Positions 53,509 to 61,120 of a stretch of 64,000 nucleotides of DNA are shown one piece after another. The notes under the pieces are model-generated. The model worked only from the letters and a program-made list of their open reading frames with translations, searched no databases and was not told the origin of the DNA. The position numbers and the translations under genes were made by a program. Every line of letters begins with the position of its first letter. Positions within the stretch are counted from its first letter, which is position 1. The DNA lies in assembly GCA_035513345.1 (NCBI GenBank), contig DATKCF010000042.1, forward strand, positions 20,257 through 84,256, written 5' to 3'. This DNA comes from Longimicrobiales bacterium (GTDB lineage: Bacteria > Gemmatimonadota > Gemmatimonadetes > Longimicrobiales > RSA9).

Positions 53509-54926
53509 CGCAGTGCCGGCGCGAAGATGGGCACGCGCGACACGCGGCTACCGGCGACGAGGCCGTAGTCCGATTCGATCTGGCGGATGCTCGCGATCAG
53601 AAGCGACTCGATCAGGAACGGATTGTGGATCGCCGAGCCGGGATAAGCGGCGAGCTGCATGTTGAAGCGCGAACCCTCTGCGGTCGTGTAGCGCGCGTCA
53701 GTATTGTCGAACTCATCGGCCGGAACCTGAGCGAGCAGTGCGCCCAGCACGACAACGAGGTCCGCGGCCCGTTGTTCGGCGAGAACCATGGCCCCGCGCG
53801 CGTCCGCCTCGGACGCATGACAGGCCGCATCCACACAGCTCCGGAACGTGCGCGCCGTGATCTCGCAGTCGCCCGTCGTCGGAATACCGCTTGCGTCAAG
53901 GCACGGCACCGCCTTGAACAGGTGGCCGGTCGCCCGGAACTGAACATCACCAGTCGCCGGATCCGTTACGGTGAACGCGTTCACGTGGCAACCCGCGCAC
54001 AGCCGGGGATTCCGCTCCGTTCCGTGCGTGGCAATGATCTCACCGCCAGTGAACTCGAACGACGGCGGGAACCAGCCGGCGTAGCCGAGCAGTACCGGCC
54101 CCTCGGGCGAGTGCGGGCCGCGGAACGTCGTCGGGTCCGGCTGGCCACGCTTGTGATGGCACTTCATGCACAGGTTCTCTTCCTCGCTCGGTATGTCGAT
54201 GGGGAACCTGAGCTGCGCAGGGTTCGTGCGATCGTGCGGATCGTGGCAGACACCGCACGTAATGGGAAGGTGCGCGCCGCCCTCGAGTACGTCGATCTTC
54301 TCGAGGTACTCCGCCCGCACGCCCCACGACTGCAGCGCATTCTCACCCGTGTGGCAGGCCTGGCACTCGGGCCGGCCAGCGGCACTCGTCTGTACGCTTC
54401 CATGGCCCGACTGCACCCACTCGTCGACGAACGGATGATGCGCTCCGCTGTGGCACTGACCGCAACCGAGGGTCAGTTCCGTGCCGACAGCGAGCGGAGC
54501 CAGGGGTTGTGTCGCATCCGGATTCTCGATGTGGAGCAGCCCCGCGCCATGGCAGCTTTCGCACTGGACATCATGATATCGGCTGCTTCGTGTCGTCTCG
54601 AAGCCGCCCGGCTCACTCGACGCATTGCCGAGCGAACCGACCGTGTGACAACCTTCACAGAACGCCTGCGCGTGGCCACTTTCCTGGAGTGTGGCCCATG
54701 CATCGGCGTGGGCCGTTTCCGCCCAGTCCGACTGCTGGCCGACATGACAATTGCCGCAGACCGTGCGCTTCGCGGCTTCGTCCGAGTATCCGATGTAACT
54801 CGCGGCACCCGCAGGAAGGGAGGGGAAGCGCACGTCCTCGTAGACGACACGTTCGTCAATACAGCCCGCGGCGGCGAGCAGCGCGACCACCACGGACCAC
54901 GTGGGGCGGAACGACTTCGAAGGCAA
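53505..54926 (-). CDS. Octaheme c-type cytochrome lipoprotein (paralog 2)
   Basis: 8 CXXCH plus one conserved CX4CH. Lipobox LLAAAGC. TTG at 54926 gives an N-terminus colinear with paralog 1. The ORF-track start at 55040 is the alternative. Confidence 0.85.
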   Translation of the reverse strand: MPSKSFRPTWSVVVALLAAAGCIDERVVYEDVRFPSLPAGAASYIGYSDEAAKRTVCGNCHVGQQSDWAETAHADAWATLQESGHAQAFCEGCHTVGSLGNASSEPGGFETTRSSRYHDVQCESCHGAGLLHIENPDATQPLAPLAVGTELTLGCGQCHSGAHHPFVDEWVQSGHGSVQTSAAGRPECQACHTGENALQSWGVRAEYLEKIDVLEGGAHLPITCGVCHDPHDRTNPAQLRFPIDIPSEEENLCMKCHHKRGQPDPTTFRGPHSPEGPVLLGYAGWFPPSFEFTGGEIIATHGTERNPRLCAGCHVNAFTVTDPATGDVQFRATGHLFKAVPCLDASGIPTTGDCEITARTFRSCVDAACHASEADARGAMVLAEQRAADLVVVLGALLAQVPADEFDNTDARYTTAEGSRFNMQLAAYPGSAIHNPFLIESLLIASIRQIESDYGLVAGSRVSRVPIFAPALR

Positions 54927-55100
54927 CTGTTGCCTCTGGTTGCGGGTGCCCGGGAACTGACCGGGCGGCGCCCGGCACACAGACAGCGCGCAAAATCCTC
55001 GGCCGGCAGCCCGGCGCCGGTCACCCGGATGAAATGCCACGCGCCACCCGAACCGTCAAGGCGGTGCTCAACGTCGACATTGCATGCCGGTGGATGGCAG

Positions 55101-55152
55101 CACAAACAAGCGACCCCGGAGAGCGCAGAGCCGCGCCGCCCTCCGGGGTCGC
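55101..55152 (-). terminator. Intrinsic-terminator-like hairpin between the two octaheme paralogs
   Basis: Read on the minus strand: GCGACCCCGGAG-19 nt-CTCCGGGGTCGC (perfect 12-bp stem) followed by CTTGTTTGTG. It starts 21 nt after the stop of paralog 1. Confidence 0.5.
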
Positions 55153-55172
55153 CGAATGCAATCGGTAGCGCC

Positions 55173-56600
55173 TCAGTTCGTCGTCGAGTTCTTCTGAAGC
55201 AGGTTATCCAGCACCACACCCGGCGGTGAAGTGATTCCGTAATCGGTCGTGACCTGCTTGATGCTCGACGTGATCAGCGCCTCGATCAGGAACGGGTTGT
55301 GGACCACCGCGCCAGGCGACAGAGCCAGTTGATGATTGAACTTCGCGCCCTCGCCAGTCGTGTACCGGCCATCAGATGTGCTGAACTCGGACGCCGGAAT
55401 CTGGTCGATCATTGCCTGCAGCGTTCCCGCCAGCAGATCGATGCGCGCCTCCGATGTCACCATGGCCGACCGGGCCGACACCGCCGTGTGGCAGCCGATC
55501 GCATCACAGCTCTGGAACGTACGAGCCGTGATCGCGCAGTCCCCGGACGTCGGAATGCCCTGCGCGTCGACGCATGGGATGGCCGCGAACAGATGACCGG
55601 TCGAATTGAATACGAACGCGCCCGTCTCCGAGTCCGTCACCTGGAAGCTGTTCACGTGACAGCCCGCGCACAGCGTCGGGTTCCGATCGCTGCCGTGCGT
55701 GGCAATGAGTGTGCCCGGCGGCAGTTCGAACGACGGCGGGAACCAGCCCGCGTTGCCGAGCAACGTCGGTCCTTCCGGCGCGTGCGGTCCGCGTGACGAA
55801 CCCGGGTCCGGATTCGCCCGCTTGTTGTGACAGCGCATGCACAGGTTCGTATCCTCGTCCGGTACATTGACCGGGAACCGGAGCTGCGCCGAATTGTCAC
55901 GGGCGTGCGGATCGTGGCATACGACGCACGTCGTTCCCAGGTGGACGTCCGGATCGCCCTTCTCGATGTAATTCGTGTTCACACCCCACGTGGCCAGCGC
56001 GACAGTGCCGACGTGACAGACCGCGCAATCGGCCCGCTCCGCCGCGTGCTCCTGCACGTTGCTGTGACCGGACGCCGCCCACTCTTCGACGAACGGATGG
56101 TGTGTGCCCGAATGGCATTCTCCACAACCGGATTCCGCGTTCAAACCAACGCCGAACGGCGCGAGCGGCAGATTCGTCGATTGCGGATTCTCGACGTGCG
56201 TCTGCCCCGCACCATGGCAGCTCTCGCACTGCACGTCGTGGTAGCGCGGATCGCGGGTTGCGTCCCATGCCACCTGCGCCGATGCCGCATTGCCGCGGTC
56301 GCTCACCGTGTGGCAACCTTCACAATGTGCTGCCGCGTGCCCGCTGCCTTCGAGCGTCGCCCACGCATCTGCGTGCTGCGTGTCCTCCCACTCCGATTGC
56401 GCGCCGATGTGGCAGTTGCCACAGACCGTCAGCCTGGTTTCCTGATTGCTGTATCCGAGGAAGTTCGCGGCTCCGGGAGGTGGGTCCTCGAATAGCTCGC
56501 GGTCCCGGAACACGATCCTCTCCTCAACGCACCCGGCACCCGCCAGTCCGAGCAAGAGAAGCACACCGAAACGATGGAACACTCTTGTGCCGAACGACAT
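55173..56600 (-). CDS. Octaheme c-type cytochrome lipoprotein (paralog 1)
   Basis: ATG at 56600 follows AAAAAGGGGGAAG. Lipobox LGLAGAGC. 8 CXXCH plus a conserved CX4CH (CDAIGCH). Heme-free C-terminal helical domain. Confidence 0.88.
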   Translation of the reverse strand: MSFGTRVFHRFGVLLLLGLAGAGCVEERIVFRDRELFEDPPPGAANFLGYSNQETRLTVCGNCHIGAQSEWEDTQHADAWATLEGSGHAAAHCEGCHTVSDRGNAASAQVAWDATRDPRYHDVQCESCHGAGQTHVENPQSTNLPLAPFGVGLNAESGCGECHSGTHHPFVEEWAASGHSNVQEHAAERADCAVCHVGTVALATWGVNTNYIEKGDPDVHLGTTCVVCHDPHARDNSAQLRFPVNVPDEDTNLCMRCHNKRANPDPGSSRGPHAPEGPTLLGNAGWFPPSFELPPGTLIATHGSDRNPTLCAGCHVNSFQVTDSETGAFVFNSTGHLFAAIPCVDAQGIPTSGDCAITARTFQSCDAIGCHTAVSARSAMVTSEARIDLLAGTLQAMIDQIPASEFSTSDGRYTTGEGAKFNHQLALSPGAVVHNPFLIEALITSSIKQVTTDYGITSPPGVVLDNLLQKNSTTN

Positions 56601-56738
56601 TGCTTCCCCCTTTTTCCGACGCTCCAGCACCTGCTCCCGCGTCCTCATCGAACCCGCCGTCACTCGCTGAGTCCGGCTCTGCCGGCCCGGTCACTGCGAA
56701 GTACGCCGGTTGTCCGACCTCCCGCATCCCCGGTTCAC

Positions 56739-56750
56739 GGGGACGTCCCC
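56739..56750. promoter_or_regulatory. Perfect 12-bp palindrome in the divergent control region
   Basis: GGGGACGTCCCC lies about 140 bp upstream of the first cytochrome gene start, inside the 415-bp intergenic region shared with the PAS/GAF kinase gene. Confidence 0.3.
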
Positions 56751-57015
56751 GCTTCGGGATAACGGTATCGCCTGGCCTCGAAGATAGGTAATCTCCCGGG
56801 GGCGCAATGCCGGAGATTGTCCGAACCCCTTGTCGGGGTTATCCCTACGGGCAAGTATGGAGTTGGCGCCGTCAGTCACGGATGCAACCGTTCTGGAGCG
56901 CGGGAGATCGTGCCGACCGACACCGACTCAAACGCCGATCGGGTCTGGCGTACTGTAGCCACTCGTGCGAACGAACCGCATCATGTCCGATCGGCACGGC
57001 AGTCAGGAGTGATTG

Positions 57016-59142
57016 ATGGAAGCTGATTCAGGGCCAGCGACCGGAACGCCGGTGCCCACAAGCGTCGGTGTCGACGACGGATGGGACGCCAGTGCAGAGA
57101 AGGACCGCCGTCACGGTCTCGAGATGGTGATTGTCCTTTCGCGCAGCGGCGCGGTGCTGGATGTGAATCACGCCGCCCTCGAGTTCACGGGCTGGCAGCG
57201 AGGCGCCGTCATCGGCCGGCCGCCACGGCTGGCCTCGGTTTCGCCAGAAACGAGAGCCCGGCTGCGTGCGGCGATGGCACGAGTGGCCGCTGGTCATGAC
57301 GTTTCCATGCTGGAGCGGATCCCGGACATTGCGGGGCGCCACCGGTTGCTCGAGATCTCGCTCAGCCCGCTGACCCTGCATGGTACGACGACCGGGCTGC
57401 TCGTTCTGGTCGCTCGGGACGTGACCGAGGCGGCGGCCGCGCACCGCGAGCTGGTTGCTTCACGGGAGAAGTACTTCGGCATCGTCAACATTGCGGCCGA
57501 TGCGATCATCTCGGTCGACGAGGACTACCGCATCACCGATTTCAATCGCGGTGCCGAGCAGATCTTCGGGTACACCGCGGCCGAGATGACCGGTTGTTCG
57601 CTGGACGTGCTCATCCCGCACCGTTTCCGCAGGGCGCACGTCCAGCACGTGCGCGTATTCGGCCGTTCGGCGGGCAATGCAAGGCGAATGGGAGAGCGAA
57701 GCGAGATCTCGGCTCTGCGCAAGGGCGGCGAGGAGTTTGCCGCGGAGGCATCAATCTCGAAGCAGGTCGCGGACGGCAAGCCGTTCTACACGGTTGTCCT
57801 TCGCGACACGACGAGACAGAAACGAGCGGAGCGCTCGCAGCGGCTGCTGGCCCGCGCGGGCAGCCTGCTGGCGTCGTCGCTCGACGTCTCCACCACTCTG
57901 GAGAGCATCGCGCAACTTGCCACGAATGACGCCATGGCCGACTGCTGCGTCATATTCGACGCGAGCGAGGACCACGTCGTGCGGCGAGCCGCGCTGGCAT
58001 CCACCAATGTGGGCTTCTCCAGCATGCTCGAGGAGCACCGCGGCGAATCACTTTCGCTGGAATCCGTGCATCCGGTCAGCCGCGTCCTGAAGGCGGGCCT
58101 GCCACTGCTCATTGCGGACACCCGGGAGTTGCTCCGTGCGAACGGCAACGACCGTGACCTCAGCCTGATGCGCGAGCTGGATGTGAAGTCAACGGTCATC
58201 GTGCCCCTGCTCGCGCGAGGCAGGACGAGCGGCGCGATCGCACTCTACAGGACGTCCGCGGATGGCGTATTCGGCGAGGCCGACATGGCACTGGCCGAAG
58301 AGCTGGCGGCCGTGTCCGCACTGGCCGTCGACAACGCCCGCCTCTACGAATCCGCTCGTCGCGCGATCCGGGCGAGGGATGACGTTCTGGCGGTCGTGTC
58401 GCACGACCTCGGCAATCCACTCGCGGCCGTGCGCATCGGTACCACCGTGCTCGCAAGCGCGCTCACCGACATGCACCTGCCCGAAACAATACTGGAACAT
58501 CTCAGAGGCGTAAGGAAGTCCGTCGATCAGATGGACCGGCTCATCGGTGACCTGATGGATGTCGAGCGCATGGACACGGCCGGGCCGCTCGCGCTCGGTG
58601 CGAAGCCGGTCCGCGCCGCCACGGTGATATCGAGTGTAATGGAGATGTTCAACGTGATCGCGGCCGCGAAGCAGGTCTCGCTCCATTCGCGCGTGCCCGT
58701 GAGCGTTCCCACAATCCGCGCAGACCGCGACCGGCTCGTGCAGGCGCTGTCAAACCTCGTCGGCAACGCCATCAAATTCACGCAGCCGCTCGGTGCTGTC
58801 GAGATCGCCGTCGAATTAGTCGATCACTCGCTGCTGTTCTCGGTCACCGACGACGGTCCCGGCATCGATCCGACCGACCTCGAGCACGTCTTCGACCGAT
58901 TCTGGAGGGCATCGCGCGGCGAGCGCGGAGCCACGGGCGGACTCGGCCTGGGCCTCGCCATTGTGAAGGGAATAATCGAAGCCCACGGTGGGCGCGTATG
59001 GGCGGAGAGCGAACTCGGCGCCGGAACCCGGATGCGATTCACGGTACCGCTGTCCGGCCCGCGATCGTCCGCTCCTCCCCGACGCCGCACAGGGACATCG
59101 CCTTACAGACGACCAATAGACCAGAACCCAGATTCGCATTGA
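57016..59142 (+). CDS. PAS-PAS-GAF sensor histidine kinase (cytoplasmic; no adjacent response regulator)
   Basis: ATG at 57016 follows AGGAG. Two PAS-like modules, a GAF-like module, H-box VVSHDLGNPLAAV, HATPase N/G boxes (LVGNAIKFT, DDGPGI, GLGLGLAIVK). No TM segments are evident. Confidence 0.88.
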   Translation: MEADSGPATGTPVPTSVGVDDGWDASAEKDRRHGLEMVIVLSRSGAVLDVNHAALEFTGWQRGAVIGRPPRLASVSPETRARLRAAMARVAAGHDVSMLERIPDIAGRHRLLEISLSPLTLHGTTTGLLVLVARDVTEAAAAHRELVASREKYFGIVNIAADAIISVDEDYRITDFNRGAEQIFGYTAAEMTGCSLDVLIPHRFRRAHVQHVRVFGRSAGNARRMGERSEISALRKGGEEFAAEASISKQVADGKPFYTVVLRDTTRQKRAERSQRLLARAGSLLASSLDVSTTLESIAQLATNDAMADCCVIFDASEDHVVRRAALASTNVGFSSMLEEHRGESLSLESVHPVSRVLKAGLPLLIADTRELLRANGNDRDLSLMRELDVKSTVIVPLLARGRTSGAIALYRTSADGVFGEADMALAEELAAVSALAVDNARLYESARRAIRARDDVLAVVSHDLGNPLAAVRIGTTVLASALTDMHLPETILEHLRGVRKSVDQMDRLIGDLMDVERMDTAGPLALGAKPVRAATVISSVMEMFNVIAAAKQVSLHSRVPVSVPTIRADRDRLVQALSNLVGNAIKFTQPLGAVEIAVELVDHSLLFSVTDDGPGIDPTDLEHVFDRFWRASRGERGATGGLGLGLAIVKGIIEAHGGRVWAESELGAGTRMRFTVPLSGPRSSAPPRRRTGTSPYRRPIDQNPDSH

Positions 59143-59273
59143 CCGCGACACGCCGTCGGCCGAAGGAATGGTTGCGCCGGCAGAACTGCCAGGCGATGCC
59201 GCCCGGTCGAACAACGTAGGCGTCCATTGCCGGGTCGAGCCCCGGCTCACGCGCGCTTCGTCGGGAGGAAGCG

Positions 59274-59828
59274 ATGCTCAGGCTCAGGGACATCATGACG
59301 CCCGACCCGGTGACGGTCGGACCGGAAACGACACTGCGCGAGGTGATCGATCTGCTCAGCGAACGAGCAATCAGCGGAGTGCCCGTCGTGAGCGGCAGCG
59401 GTCAGCTGGTGGGAGTCGTGTCCGCCAGCGACATCCTGTCGTTCGCATCATCGACCCCGGGCGTTCCTGCCGACCGGTCCGAATCGTACGTGGAGTGGGG
59501 CGAGTCCGATGCCGCAGTCGACGAGGATGAGTCCACGCCGGCCTGGTTCGCGACGCTATGGTCGGATTCGGAGGCCGCGCTCGTCGAACGGATCAGCGGC
59601 CCGACCTCACCCGAATGGGACATCCTCGCCGACCACACCGTCGATGAGGTGATGACGCACCGCGTGATCACCATGCCGGCGAACACACAGCTGAGCGACG
59701 CCGCGGATCGCATGATCGAGGCCGACATTCACCGCCTGCTCGTCACCGACGGCGACCGTCTGGTCGGCCTGGTCTCATCGACCGACTTCGTACGCGCCAT
59801 CTCGCGCAAGGGAGGCGGCCGCGGCTGA
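59274..59828 (+). CDS. CBS-domain pair protein
   Basis: MLRLRDIMTPDPVTVGPETTLREVIDLLSERAISGVPVV ... VDEVMTHRVITMPANTQLSDAADRMIEADIHRLLVTD. That is two CBS motifs separated by an acidic insert. Confidence 0.86.
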   Translation: MLRLRDIMTPDPVTVGPETTLREVIDLLSERAISGVPVVSGSGQLVGVVSASDILSFASSTPGVPADRSESYVEWGESDAAVDEDESTPAWFATLWSDSEAALVERISGPTSPEWDILADHTVDEVMTHRVITMPANTQLSDAADRMIEADIHRLLVTDGDRLVGLVSSTDFVRAISRKGGGRG

Positions 59829-59852
59829 TGGTTGCGACGGCCGCACCGTGAC

Positions 59853-60938
59853 TCAGGTCGTGTAGCGCAGCCTGGCCCCGATTCCGCCGCCGTCGCTGTC
59901 CAGCCGCGTCGCTGCGTCGCCGCCGATCTCCTCTACATCGGCGTCCTGCTCGAGCGCGGCACCCACACAGTGGTCGGCGAATACCGGGTTGTGTAGCGAG
60001 AAATGCCGCGACAGCAGCAGCATCTCGACTTGCCGGGCGGCGAGCGCGCTCTCCGTCTTCTCACGGCCGAGCGATCCTCGCCCGCCGGACGCCGCCAGGT
60101 CCGCGACCTGCCCGACCAGCGAAGCCTGGCGCGCCAGAGTTGCCTTCGATGCACTGGCCTCCGTCGCCGCGCGCAGCTCCGCCGACGACATGTGGAACGC
60201 CAGCGACGAGTCCTCCACGACCCGGCCGTCCATCTGCTTGCGGAGCCGTTGAACCAGCTTCGTGGCCATCACCGCCGGTCCACCCACGATCACCGTACCA
60301 TCCGCTCCCGCCTGGGCCGGCACCGACTCGACAAGACTCTTCAGCAGTCGCTCGACGCCGACTTCCTCGATGCGTTGGGCCGCATCGGTGTCCGTCATTC
60401 CGCGAACACCCGAGTGCGTCGTCGCGCGCTTGGACATGTTGACGTCGGAAAGGTCGCCGAAGAACCTGTCGGCGTCGACGGAATCGATCTCGGCGAAATC
60501 GCCGTGCCTGTATTCATAGAGTTGCGCATGGCGGCTGTCGACGAGGACCGTGATCACGGGCAGCGCCTGCTTGAGCGCGCGCACGTAGGGAGCGGCGCGA
60601 AGGCCGTCCTCCCAACACCCGAGGTCCGGCATTGGTACCGGCAGTGCTTCCGCGTACAGCAGGAGATCGGCCGTCGCGAATCCTGCCCATCCCCGGCCCG
60701 GCAGGAACGCGTCGTACTGTCTGAGGTCCTTCTTGAGCAGGGCTTCGGCGCGCTCGAACGCATCCAGTTCGCCGGTGCTGTCCGCCGTCTCGCGAGCGCT
60801 GTCGAGCAGCTTGTCCAGGCTGCGCCGCCACGCCCTGCGCCTGGCCGGATCGTGCTCGTCCGCGTCGAGATAGATGCTGAGGACCCTGCTGTGGCGATGC
60901 TTGGTGTAGAGGGCGGCGAGGTCGCTTCGTGTAAGCAT
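59853..60938 (-). CDS. eRF1/Pelota-like protein (bacterial archaeo-eukaryotic release-factor, baeRF-like)
   Basis: ATG at 60938 follows GGAG. 361 aa. The C-terminal region ...GREKTESALAARQVEMLLLS...GGGIGARLRY resembles eRF1/Dom34 domain 3. The upstream part of the 487-aa ORF is Arg/Pro-rich and rejected. Confidence 0.6.
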   Translation of the reverse strand: MLTRSDLAALYTKHRHSRVLSIYLDADEHDPARRRAWRRSLDKLLDSARETADSTGELDAFERAEALLKKDLRQYDAFLPGRGWAGFATADLLLYAEALPVPMPDLGCWEDGLRAAPYVRALKQALPVITVLVDSRHAQLYEYRHGDFAEIDSVDADRFFGDLSDVNMSKRATTHSGVRGMTDTDAAQRIEEVGVERLLKSLVESVPAQAGADGTVIVGGPAVMATKLVQRLRKQMDGRVVEDSSLAFHMSSAELRAATEASASKATLARQASLVGQVADLAASGGRGSLGREKTESALAARQVEMLLLSRHFSLHNPVFADHCVGAALEQDADVEEIGGDAATRLDSDGGGIGARLRYTT

Positions 60939-61120
60939 GTCAGTGCTCCGTACCGTATGAGACACGTTCATCATAGTCGGCTGCGACGGGGATGGCAAAG
61001 CCCACGCCAGCGCGCGCTGGCGACCCGGTTCAACGGAACGGGTTTCTCCGAACGATCCGCGGGGAAAAGCCGCTTGCGCTCGATCGCGTTCCGGTGCGGA
61101 ACGCACCGGAAAACCGTCGT

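Noticed and set aside
56817-57026. 69-aa plus-strand ORF in the cytochrome/kinase intergenic region
   Set aside because: It has a TTG start with no properly spaced RBS. By my hand count, third-position GC is only about 57 percent, against a very strong GC3 bias in the real genes here. It also overlaps the kinase start. It was treated as non-coding regulatory DNA.
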